Assembly: GCA_041571435.1 (NCBI GenBank) | Contig: JBFFUI010000049.1 | Coordinates: forward strand, 1-13,854 | Reading direction: 5' to 3' | DNA: 13,854 nucleotides | Source: Sulfurimonadaceae bacterium | Lineage (GTDB): Bacteria > Campylobacterota > Campylobacteria > Campylobacterales > Sulfurimonadaceae | Translations under genes and position numbers: made by a program | Shown here: positions 1 to 7,752 of the stretch, piece after piece | Layout of the letters: every line of letters begins with the position of its first letter | Position numbering within the stretch: position 1 is the first letter of the stretch | The notes under the pieces: generated by a model | Seen by the model: the letters and a program-made list of their open reading frames with translations, nothing else | What the model was told of the DNA's origin: nothing | The model's database searches: none

Positions 1-129
1 ATATTTGAAAAGGAAACAAAAGTACCATGGCAATCTTTAGTAGCAACGATAACGCGGGATCACAACCTGCAAAAACAAATTCAAACACCACCATCATCAC
101 AGATGGTGCTACTCTCAAGGGCGAAATAA
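1..129 (+). CDS. 3' end (partial) of probable M23-family peptidoglycan endopeptidase (Csd1-like)
   Basis: Frame 1 is open from base 1 to TAA at 127-129 and reads IFEKETKVPWQSLVATITRDHNLQKQIQTPPSSQMVLLSRAK*. The IFEKE..V.WQSL tail overlapping a bactofilin start matches the csd1-ccmA arrangement I recall from Campylobacterota. The catalytic domain lies outside the window. Confidence 0.65.
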   Translation: MFEKETKVPWQSLVATITRDHNLQKQIQTPPSSQMVLLSRAK

Positions 130-449
130 GCCTTGATTGTGATTTTTACCTAGACGGGCATCTTGAAGGGATGATCGTCTCAAAAAACCTTATCACCGTT
201 GGTAAAAACGGAAAGATCAAAGGTGAGATCAAAGCAGGTCAGCTTGTTGTTCAAGGTGTCGTTGAAGGCAGTGTCGATGTTGAACGGCTTGAAATAAAAG
301 CGACTGGTTATGTAAGCGGTGTCGTCACATCGACTGAGATGGTCATAGAGGCCAAGGGCGTTTTTGAAGGTGAAAGCCATATCAAAGGCATAAAGCCAGC
401 TGCCAAATCGTCAAAAGCAGCAGAAGAGCCGGTCAAAGAGCAGAAGTAG
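27..449 (+). CDS. ccmA: Bactofilin / polymer-forming cytoskeletal protein (CcmA family)
   Basis: 140 aa with beta-helix repeats (TIITDGATLKGEI, LDGHLEGMI, ITVGKNGKIKGEIKA, VVQGVVEGSV, IEAKGVFEG). MAIF N-terminus. AAGGA at 10-14 upstream of the ATG. Confidence 0.92.
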   Translation: MAIFSSNDNAGSQPAKTNSNTTIITDGATLKGEISLDCDFYLDGHLEGMIVSKNLITVGKNGKIKGEIKAGQLVVQGVVEGSVDVERLEIKATGYVSGVVTSTEMVIEAKGVFEGESHIKGIKPAAKSSKAAEEPVKEQK

Positions 450-500
450 ATCTCTCTATCTTCAGTATCCGATCTCGGCAATAATGGCCGCATAGATATA

Positions 501-541
501 ATGGTCACGCTCACTGGGCGTGATTGTTGAACTCTTTTTTT
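501..541 (+). terminator. Probable intrinsic terminator between convergent ccmA and glmS
   Basis: Stem TCACGCTC-ACT-GGGCGTGA (one G-U pair), extendable by further G-U pairs, followed after a short spacer by CTCTTTTTTT. Confidence 0.45.
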
Positions 542-591
542 CACCAGAGCATTCTGCCCCTGATGTTTTCTCTTTTTTTAACTCTTTTTCC

Positions 592-2406
592 TTACTCAAC
601 CGTAACACTTTTCGCCAGGTTTCTCGGCATGTCCACATCATTGCCTAAACGGACGGATATCTCCATAGAGAGCAGCTGAAGCACGACCATCATCTCAAAG
701 AACTCCAGCATATAGTGATCATGTGGCGCTGTTTTGATGAAGTCGTCTGCTTTGTCGAATTCGATCGGACTGATCGCACAGATTGTACTGTCGCGTGCAC
801 TGAGCTCTTCGACATTGCTTTTGGTCTTGTCATAGAGCAGACGCTGCGGCATCAAAGCAATCGTAAAGAGTTCCGGATCAGCCATGGCAATAGGGCCGTG
901 TTTCATCTCGCCGCTGGGATACCCTTCAGCATGAAGATAGGTGATCTCTTTGAGTTTCAGTGCGCCTTCGAGTGCAAGGGGAAAGAAGACATCGCGGCCG
1001 ATAAAGAAGAAACCATGGCCGTGCAGATAGCGTTTAGAGAGGCGGCGGATCTTTTCATGCAGATCGTCATTGACCTTGACACTGTTGGGGACCTCCCGAA
1101 GTGCTTGGATCTGTGATCTGATCTCTTCTGTTGTCAGGCTTTTGCGTGTCTGTGCGACATAAAGCGACAACATCCACAGTACACACATCTGTGTCGCAAA
1201 TGCTTTGGTCGAGGCAACCCCTTTTTCAATGCCGGCACGCGTCAAGATCGATGCATCGGCCAGACGGACCATCGATGAGTTGTCGACATTACAGATGACC
1301 AGGGTCTTGAGTCCGGCTGCTTTAGCCATTTTCAAGGTTTCGAGTGTATCGGCAGTCTCGCCGCTTTGGCTGATAACGACAAAAAGAGTGTCTTGCATCA
1401 GAAGCGGTTCTTTATAGCGCAGTTCACTTGCGATCTCTACGGACGAACGGATCTTTGTATAACGTTCGAAAAGGTATGAAGCGGCAAGCGCTGCATGGTA
1501 AGAGGTGCCGCAGGCACACAGCTTGATCTCATTAATCCCGTCAAAAAGTGAAGGCTCAAGTTCGTCAAAGTTGATACTCTGATCCTGGATACGGCCTAAA
1601 AGTGCATCACTGATGACATCGCTCTGTTCATAGATCTCTTTCTCCATAAAGAAGCGGTGGCCCTCTTTTTGTGCTGAGAGTTTTGAGGTGGGCAGTGTTG
1701 AAAAGGTCGGCTTTACACTTTTCCCCTCTTTGTCAAAAAGCGCCAATGTTGCAGGTGAGACGTAGCCATATTCACCGTCACTCAGATAGAGCACCTCTTT
1801 TGCATGTCCGATAAGCGGTGCGTCAGATGAGGCAAAGATCTTCTCACTTTCTTCATTTATGCCCAAGATCATCGGAGAGCCGTTTTTGGCAAAGAAGATT
1901 GTATCGGGCATGGATTTGGTGGCCAATAGAATGGCATAGGCACCTTCGAGTTCCTCAAGTGTCTTAGTAAAGGCGTCAAACGGGGTGGGCTCTGTTGCCA
2001 GGTGTTTTTCAAAGAGATGAACGATCACTTCGGTATCGGTCTGGCTTAAAAAGCGGACACCCTCATCAATAAGGGTATTCTTGATCACCTGATAATTCTC
2101 GATGATACCGTTATGAACGACATACGAGGCTTCGCCCAGGTGAGGATGGGCGTTGAGTTCCGTCGGTTTGCCGTGTGTGGCCCAGCGGGTATGGCCGATA
2201 CCGATCGCAAACCCTTTTGGATCGAATGCAGCTGTTTTTTGTACAAGGTTGTCGAGTTTTCCTACCGCTTTGTAGGAAGAGAAGGTCTCATCTTGCAATA
2301 CGGCGATACCTGCCGAGTCGTAACCACGATATTCGAGTTCTTTTAGACCGTCAAGAAGGATATCCTTGACCTTGTTTGTTCCTACAAATCCGACGATTCC
2401 ACACAT
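592..2406 (-). CDS. glmS: Glutamine--fructose-6-phosphate aminotransferase (isomerizing)
   Basis: 604 aa. N-terminal MCGIVG (catalytic Cys), LEYRGYDSAG, GHTRWATHG, HNGIIEN, SQSGETADT, GVASTKAF, and C-terminal PRNLAKSVTVE. Confidence 0.99.
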   Translation of the reverse strand: MCGIVGFVGTNKVKDILLDGLKELEYRGYDSAGIAVLQDETFSSYKAVGKLDNLVQKTAAFDPKGFAIGIGHTRWATHGKPTELNAHPHLGEASYVVHNGIIENYQVIKNTLIDEGVRFLSQTDTEVIVHLFEKHLATEPTPFDAFTKTLEELEGAYAILLATKSMPDTIFFAKNGSPMILGINEESEKIFASSDAPLIGHAKEVLYLSDGEYGYVSPATLALFDKEGKSVKPTFSTLPTSKLSAQKEGHRFFMEKEIYEQSDVISDALLGRIQDQSINFDELEPSLFDGINEIKLCACGTSYHAALAASYLFERYTKIRSSVEIASELRYKEPLLMQDTLFVVISQSGETADTLETLKMAKAAGLKTLVICNVDNSSMVRLADASILTRAGIEKGVASTKAFATQMCVLWMLSLYVAQTRKSLTTEEIRSQIQALREVPNSVKVNDDLHEKIRRLSKRYLHGHGFFFIGRDVFFPLALEGALKLKEITYLHAEGYPSGEMKHGPIAMADPELFTIALMPQRLLYDKTKSNVEELSARDSTICAISPIEFDKADDFIKTAPHDHYMLEFFEMMVVLQLLSMEISVRLGNDVDMPRNLAKSVTVE

Positions 2407-4922
2407 TATTGGTTGCCTTTGGTGAGTATAGAGATTAATTCAGGCGCATTATCGCACATTTTGTTCTGTTTCTCGATTAAGAAGTGGTCACGTACACGGG
2501 TTTTAGTACTGTGAATCTTTGCCGAAGCGATGTTGATGCCAAGTTCATCGAACCCGTTCATAATAAAGGCGAGCAGACCGCGCTGGTTGGTTGTATTTAC
2601 ATTCATCTGGGCGTAGGTCTTTGAGTGCTCGCAATCGATAGTGATCTCTTCTGCTTTGATATTCGGCTGTTCCAGCGAGGTCTTCAGGCTCATGTCGAAA
2701 GAGTTTTCAACGATCTCTTCCACATGTTCGAGCGAGTCAAATTGTGGCAGGTGTAGAAATTTGATCTTGAAAAGTTTTAGATCATCGAAGAGGGTAAAGA
2801 CCTCCATGGAAGCGACATCAAGATAGGCAAATTTTCCAAGAAGGTAGGTCAGGTTGAGCGGAACACGGCGGATGATCTGGATGCTGAGACCTTCACCTTC
2901 GGTATCAAGCTTATAATGGTATGCCTTGACATTCCTCGCCTCATTGGCAATATCGATGATCTCTTCCGGAGAGTGTTTAAAAAAGAAGAGGTTGGATTCG
3001 ATGGAGAGTACTTTTTTCTGCATGATGCGCGGCAATACTTTGAACGTTTCACGGTTTTTGATCCGTTTCTCTATTGAAAGGCGTTTAGAGGCATCGCTGA
3101 TGCGTTCGTTTTGTTGGGAGATATCAATCGATGCATCGTAAAGTTCACGAAGTAGGTTGGCTGAAAAAGTGGTCCATGTGCCAGGTCCGACCCCGTTAAC
3201 ATCGGCGTAGGTGAGAACGTACAGCATGTTGAGGTTCTTTTCTGTCTTGATATTGGACATAAACTTGTAGAGGGTCTTTTCGTTGTTAAGATTTTCTCTG
3301 TAGGCGACGTTGGTCATCAGGATATGGTGTCTGACCAAAAGCGCAGCCTGGGCCTGTTCATCTTCTGAAAAGGCAAGTTTTTTAGTATAAGGGAGGATCA
3401 ATTTTACCCCGACTTCACTATGGTCCTGTTTTCTGCCTTTGCCGGTATCGTGGATCAGGGTGGCGATCTTAAGCAGTGTTCTTTCCGGCAGTGTCAGATC
3501 ATTATAGAGGCCTGCTATAAAAGGGTCCTGGATGTTTTCAAGTGCTCTAACACACTCTATGGAGTGGAGGTCGACAGGGTAGTGGTGATAGCCGTCAAAC
3601 TGCGGCAGATGCATTACTTTGCGAAAAGCTGGGACAAGTTGATGGAGGATCCCGGCATCAAAAAAGAGCTTCAAAAAGGAGTAGCTGTGCTTGCGTTCAA
3701 ACAGCTTTCGCATCAGCGCATTGATCTTCTTGCCCAACGGGTAGGGAATGGAGGCGTATGTAAAACGCTTCAGCAGACTCGGATCGAATTTCCAGGGCTT
3801 GTCTTCGAGATTGACGATGACCTCGAGCAGCGAGATGATGCTGTCGCTTTTATCAGCATAGATGCTGTAGAGGCGTTCCTCGATCAGATAAAGGCCGTTG
3901 CCGATACGCTGTTTGCGGTAGGCGGCGATATTGTGGCTGTCATAGAGATAGGGACGTACGATCTTTTTGATGAAGATCTGCGAGAAGTTGTCGATGCGCC
4001 ACATCGCTTCGAGAAGGCGTGACACCATCTTGCGTTCGTCTTTAAAACCGAGCATCTTGGCGATGCGTGGCATATGCTCCATGACCAGCTGGTCCTGTTG
4101 TTTATTGCTCACGAGGTGCAGCGCCGAACGTACACGGAAGAGAAGCTCGATGGCAATACGATACTCTCTGTACTCTTCATCGGTAAAGACCGTGCCGATC
4201 AGCTCTTTCTGCGATGTCACGCCGTAGATCGTCGCGGCGATCCAGAACAGCAGCTGCGAATCACGCAGCCCGCCCACGCTCTCTTTGATGTTGGGCTGCA
4301 TCGAAGAGGGGTACTTATGTCGGCGCTCGTGGGCCTCTTCGATCTTGGCGAGGATATACTTTTTGGGCTCGGTATGGCGGATACTGGTAAAAGCGTTCTG
4401 CGAAGCATTCCAGGTAAAAGGCGAACCGATGATTAGACGTGCCTCCATAAAAGCGGTACGGATCGTGATATCTTCGGAGGCCGCTTTTTCGATGTCCCTG
4501 ATCTCATGCACCCTATGCCCGAGTTTGAGGCCGGCATCCCATGCGAGGTAAAGCAGCTTCTCGATGATTGTATCGGTTTTGTAGCCGTCACAATCTTCAT
4601 AGACGATCATGAGGTCGATATCGCTGTGGACACAGAGATGCTCGCGACCGTAACTGCCCAGGGCGATGATGGCGATTGGGATGGAGGAACGCATCGGAAG
4701 GTAGTTGCCGAACATGCGGCGCAGGACAGTTTTATACATCAGAGCGATGATCTTGTCGAGCTGCTTCGTGTGTTTGACCAGGAAGTCCTTGCCCTGGGAA
4801 CTCTCAAATAGTTCAGGCAGAGAGGCTTTATAGTCAGCGATATAGGTTTTAAAAAGTTTTGAGATCTCAAAATCTTTGGCATGTTTTTCTAGAAGGTCTT
4901 CGATCTCGATTTGGATATTCAT
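2406..4922 (-). CDS. glnD: [Protein-PII] uridylyltransferase/uridylyl-removing enzyme (GlnD family: NTase, HD and ACT domains)
   Basis: Nucleotidyltransferase motif ALGSYGRE..HSDIDL, PNIKESVGGLRD, HD domain (QFDGYHHYPVDLHS, LIHDTGKG) and C-terminal ACT-like segment (NQRGLL..GINIASAKI..RVRDHF). The ORF track starts at 4940. I prefer the ATG at 4922 (MNIQIEIE) because AGGA lies 10 nt upstream of it. The stop overlaps the glmS start by 1 nt (TAATG). Confidence 0.9.
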   Translation of the reverse strand: MNIQIEIEDLLEKHAKDFEISKLFKTYIADYKASLPELFESSQGKDFLVKHTKQLDKIIALMYKTVLRRMFGNYLPMRSSIPIAIIALGSYGREHLCVHSDIDLMIVYEDCDGYKTDTIIEKLLYLAWDAGLKLGHRVHEIRDIEKAASEDITIRTAFMEARLIIGSPFTWNASQNAFTSIRHTEPKKYILAKIEEAHERRHKYPSSMQPNIKESVGGLRDSQLLFWIAATIYGVTSQKELIGTVFTDEEYREYRIAIELLFRVRSALHLVSNKQQDQLVMEHMPRIAKMLGFKDERKMVSRLLEAMWRIDNFSQIFIKKIVRPYLYDSHNIAAYRKQRIGNGLYLIEERLYSIYADKSDSIISLLEVIVNLEDKPWKFDPSLLKRFTYASIPYPLGKKINALMRKLFERKHSYSFLKLFFDAGILHQLVPAFRKVMHLPQFDGYHHYPVDLHSIECVRALENIQDPFIAGLYNDLTLPERTLLKIATLIHDTGKGRKQDHSEVGVKLILPYTKKLAFSEDEQAQAALLVRHHILMTNVAYRENLNNEKTLYKFMSNIKTEKNLNMLYVLTYADVNGVGPGTWTTFSANLLRELYDASIDISQQNERISDASKRLSIEKRIKNRETFKVLPRIMQKKVLSIESNLFFFKHSPEEIIDIANEARNVKAYHYKLDTEGEGLSIQIIRRVPLNLTYLLGKFAYLDVASMEVFTLFDDLKLFKIKFLHLPQFDSLEHVEEIVENSFDMSLKTSLEQPNIKAEEITIDCEHSKTYAQMNVNTTNQRGLLAFIMNGFDELGINIASAKIHSTKTRVRDHFLIEKQNKMCDNAPELISILTKGNQ

Positions 4923-4954
4923 AGGGACAAAATCCTGCATTAATTTATTTTTCT

Positions 4955-4983
4955 ATTATACTTTGAATGTACTTTTGATTATA
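4955..4983 (-). promoter_or_regulatory. Candidate sigma70 -10 boxes for glnD-glmS
   Basis: Two minus-strand TATAAT hexamers (ATTATA on + at 4955-4960 and 4978-4983) in the AT-rich divergent intergenic region. Confidence 0.55.
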
Positions 4984-5004
4984 TGATAACGGCGCTGGCA
5001 GCTT

Positions 5005-5018
5005 TCGCTATAATGCGA
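5005..5018 (+). promoter_or_regulatory. Candidate sigma70 -10 box for mqnE
   Basis: gcTATAAT with the hexamer at 5009-5014, about 40 nt upstream of the ATG. AGGA at 5040-5043. Confidence 0.6.
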
Positions 5019-5053
5019 TGAAAATTTGAGCAGAGAGTTAGGAAACAGCGTAG

Positions 5054-6115
5054 ATGAATGTAGTGGACAAGATAAAAGCGGGCGAACGTATCGACTTTGA
5101 TGAGGCACTGAGTCTCTACGATATGGATCTTTTTGAGCTGGGGACACTGGCCAATGAAAGACGTCGGCAGATGCACGGTCAAAAGACCTATTTCAATATA
5201 AACCGTCATATCAATCCGACCAATATCTGTAAAGATATCTGTAAGTTCTGCGCCTACTCCGCCAGCCGAAAAAACCCTAAACCCTATACTCTTAAACATG
5301 AAGAGATCATGGCGATCGTTGACGATATCGCATCGCGCGGGATTAAAGAGGTGCATATTGTTTCGGCACACAACCCTGATACGGGACTGGACTGGTACAC
5401 AACGGTCTTTTCCAAGATAAAGGCTAAATATCCGCAGCTTCATATCAAAGCACTTACTGCGGCAGAGATCCACTTTTTAGCCGTAGAGTACAAGAAGAGC
5501 TATGACGAGATCATCGATATTATGATCGAAAACGGTGTCGACTCACTGCCTGGCGGGGGTGCGGAGATCTTTGATGAAGAGGTGCGCGACTATATCTGTA
5601 AGGGGAAGGTCAATTCGCAGCAGTGGCTCGAGATCCATGAGAAGTGGCACAACCGCGGGCGAAAGTCGAATGTCACGATGCTTTTCGGTCATGTCGAAGA
5701 GCGCCGCCACCGCATCGACCACATGATGCGCATACGTGACCTTCAGGACAGAACGGGCGGCTTTAACTGTTTTATCCCGCTGGTCTATCAGAGCGAGAAC
5801 AACTTTCTGAACATCAAAGAGTTCATGACAGCGCATGAGATTCTAAAGACGATGGCGATCAGCCGTCTGGTCCTCGACAATGTGCCGAACCTCAAAGCCT
5901 ACTGGGTCACCTCGACAGTCAACCTTGCGCTTCTCTCGCAGGAGTTTGGCGCCAACGACCTTGACGGCACGATCGAAAAAGAGTCGATCAACTCGGCCGC
6001 AGGTGCCGCCAGTGCCAACGGGGTAGAGCTGCAGGAGTTCATCGATCAGATCAAAGATACCGGGTTCATTCCGGTGGAACGTGACAGCCTCTATAACGAA
6101 TTGAAGGTGTGGTAA
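5054..6115 (+). CDS. mqnE: Aminofutalosine synthase MqnE (radical SAM, futalosine menaquinone pathway)
   Basis: 353 aa. NRHINPTNICKDICKFCAY (CxxxCxxC), HIKALTAAEI, SLPGGGAEIF, TMLFGHVE, FIPLVYQ, KAYW, FGANDLDGTIEKESI..AAGA. These CofH/MqnC/MqnE-family motifs fit MqnE best. Confidence 0.92.
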   Translation: MNVVDKIKAGERIDFDEALSLYDMDLFELGTLANERRRQMHGQKTYFNINRHINPTNICKDICKFCAYSASRKNPKPYTLKHEEIMAIVDDIASRGIKEVHIVSAHNPDTGLDWYTTVFSKIKAKYPQLHIKALTAAEIHFLAVEYKKSYDEIIDIMIENGVDSLPGGGAEIFDEEVRDYICKGKVNSQQWLEIHEKWHNRGRKSNVTMLFGHVEERRHRIDHMMRIRDLQDRTGGFNCFIPLVYQSENNFLNIKEFMTAHEILKTMAISRLVLDNVPNLKAYWVTSTVNLALLSQEFGANDLDGTIEKESINSAAGAASANGVELQEFIDQIKDTGFIPVERDSLYNELKVW

Positions 6116-6169
6116 CGGCGGCACTCTGCCTGCACTTCGGACCAGTGACTTAGCGTTTAAGAGGTGTTT

Positions 6170-6192
6170 TGTTATGATGTCGAAAATCATAA
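6170..6192 (+). promoter_or_regulatory. Extended -10 (TGtTATGAT) overlapped by a TTATGAT-N7-ATCATAA palindrome
   Basis: TG at 6170-6171 and TATGAT at 6173-6178. Perfect 7-bp inverted repeat at 6172-6178 / 6186-6192. GGAG RBS at 6221-6224. Confidence 0.5.
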
Positions 6193-6230
6193 TGGCGCGT
6201 ATGTAGCCAATACCAAACCTGGAGATAAAT

Positions 6231-6530
6231 ATGAAACTTGTAAACCTTCTGTTGGCTGCCATGCTATGTGCATCGGCGGCATCGGCGATCGACCTGCGTA
6301 AAGCGTTTGTAGACCTTCACAAAAAGCCTGTAGAGATGCTATTGGACCTGAATGAAAAAGTTTTGGACAGCCACCAGCGTCTTCTCTTGGACAAAGAGCT
6401 GAAGATGAGAGAAAGTCGTATGACATCTGCACAAAAACAGCGCTATTATCGTCACCCTTCTGAAAATCGTGCACAGGGTAAGGCCTACGGCAAAAAACAT
6501 GCGCCGGGTCAACTGAAAAAAAAGCACTGA
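6231..6530 (+). CDS. Small exported hypothetical protein, basic, with a C-terminal PGQxKK motif
   Basis: 99 aa with a good RBS. Sec-type signal peptide MKLVNLLLAAMLCASAASA (AxA cleavage site). Lys/Arg/His-rich mature region ending GKAYGKKHAPGQLKKKH. Confidence 0.8.
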   Translation: MKLVNLLLAAMLCASAASAIDLRKAFVDLHKKPVEMLLDLNEKVLDSHQRLLLDKELKMRESRMTSAQKQRYYRHPSENRAQGKAYGKKHAPGQLKKKH

Positions 6531-6568
6531 TAGGGCGAGTTACTGTCTTTAAAAAAACAATTGCAGGA

Positions 6569-6600
6569 TCTCTGTGACCTTTAATGCGGTCAGAGAAAAA
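6569..6600. terminator. Possible hairpin/terminator between the small exported protein and GT2
   Basis: TCTC-tg-TGACC / GGTCA-GAGA bulged stem followed by an A run, which is a U tract on the minus strand. Confidence 0.3.
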
Positions 6601-6621
6601 TAGAAAGAGAGGGGGTTGTAG

Positions 6622-7125
6622 ATGAAGATATCAGTCATTATCCCCGTCTATAACAGTGTACAGACCTTGGCACGAGCCATTGATTCGGTTCTGGCACAGT
6701 CTTACCAAGCTGATGAAATCATCATTGTCGATGACGGATCGACCGATGCAAGCAGTGAAGCGGCGAAAGTATACGATGAGGTTACTCTGCTGCGTCAAAA
6801 ACATATGGGTGACTTCTCAGCACGCAATAATGGCGTGATGATGGCATCAAACAAGTGGATTGCCTTTATGGATGCCAAAGCGCAGTGGCATCCGGACAAA
6901 CTGCAGTCCCACGCTGACTTCCATCAAACCAATGCAGATGCGAAAGTCAGTGTCTGTGTTGATGAACACTGCATTTCTTTAAAAGAGGCTTTGGCCAAAG
7001 GAAGGGTTGACGCTGCATCGGTCATGATCGAAAAGAAGCTTTTTGACCAGCTTGGCGGTTTTGATGAGGCCTTTGCGGTTTCGGAAGATGATGAACTTTG
7101 GCTGCGTGCAGTCGAAGCGCTTTAA
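6622..7125 (+). CDS. Glycosyltransferase family 2 (GT-A) protein, short and degenerate; possible pseudogene
   Basis: 167 aa. ISVIIPVYN, EIIIVDDGSTD, SARNNG, GGFDE and EDDELWLR are present, but the DxD position reads FMDAKAQW and the protein stops 5 residues after LWLR. Confidence 0.8.
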   Translation: MKISVIIPVYNSVQTLARAIDSVLAQSYQADEIIIVDDGSTDASSEAAKVYDEVTLLRQKHMGDFSARNNGVMMASNKWIAFMDAKAQWHPDKLQSHADFHQTNADAKVSVCVDEHCISLKEALAKGRVDAASVMIEKKLFDQLGGFDEAFAVSEDDELWLRAVEAL

Positions 7126-7144
7126 CAGCACTGCGAATAAGCTT

Positions 7145-7153
7145 TGCTATAAT
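7145..7153 (+). promoter_or_regulatory. Extended -10 promoter for the amidotransferase-membrane protein pair
   Basis: TGcTATAAT, about 30 nt upstream of the ATG at 7183. Confidence 0.7.
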
Positions 7154-7182
7154 ACATGAAATAATAATTACAAGAAGTACAT

Positions 7183-7752
7183 ATGGTTTTGATGATTGAC
7201 AATTATGACAGTTTTACCTACAACATTGTCCAGTACTGCTTAGAACTCGGGGCGGATCTCAAGGTCATCCGAAATGACGAGTTGACAGTTGATGAGATCG
7301 CTGCACTTAAGCCAGAGAAGATTATCATCTCTCCCGGACCGGCAACACCGAACGAAGCAGGCGTTAGTCTGGACGTGATCAAGCGATTTAAAGATGAGAT
7401 TCCAATCTTCGGTATCTGTCTGGGTCATCAGAGTATCGCACAGAGTTTCGGCGGGAAAGTTGTTCGTGCAAAGCGCATGATGCACGGTAAAACATCGATT
7501 GTCGAAACAAAAGGCAAATGTGCTATTTTTAATAAGATGCCTGAGACATTCAGAGCGACACGATACCACTCTCTTATCGTTGAAAAAGAGAATCTTCCGG
7601 ATGTTATTGTTCCAACGGCATACAGTATGGATGACCATGAGATCATGGCATTTCAGATCAAAGACAAACCGATCTATGGTGTACAGTTTCACCCTGAATC
7701 GATCATGAGCGAGTTTGGTCATGAGATGATAGGAAACTTCTTAAAAATATGA
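7183..7752 (+). CDS. pabA: Class I glutamine amidotransferase, anthranilate/aminodeoxychorismate synthase component II (TrpG/PabA)
   Basis: 189 aa. MIDNYDSFTYNIVQY, ISPGP, GICLGHQ (catalytic Cys), MHGKTS, RYHSL, GVQFHPES (His-Glu). TrpG and PabA cannot be distinguished from the sequence alone. Confidence 0.9.
   Translation: MVLMIDNYDSFTYNIVQYCLELGADLKVIRNDELTVDEIAALKPEKIIISPGPATPNEAGVSLDVIKRFKDEIPIFGICLGHQSIAQSFGGKVVRAKRMMHGKTSIVETKGKCAIFNKMPETFRATRYHSLIVEKENLPDVIVPTAYSMDDHEIMAFQIKDKPIYGVQFHPESIMSEFGHEMIGNFLKI

Noticed and set aside
308..544. 78-aa minus-strand ORF downstream of glmS
   Set aside because: Mostly antisense to the bactofilin gene, starts within hairpin/poly-A sequence, and has no recognisable features.
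2400..2450. glmS ribozyme upstream of glmS
   Set aside because: There is no intergenic space; the region is glnD coding sequence and no ribozyme core was recognised.
3420..4022. 200-aa plus-strand ORF (and neighbours 4074-4436, 4285-4551, 4506-4811)
   Set aside because: Entirely antisense to glnD, with no recognisable motifs or RBS; typical shadow ORFs.
5005..5018. TCGC-TATAAT-GCGA inverted repeat around the mqnE -10
   Set aside because: The arms are only 4 bp, too short to distinguish from chance.
4979..5473. 164-aa minus-strand ORF
   Set aside because: Antisense to mqnE and runs through its promoter; no family features.
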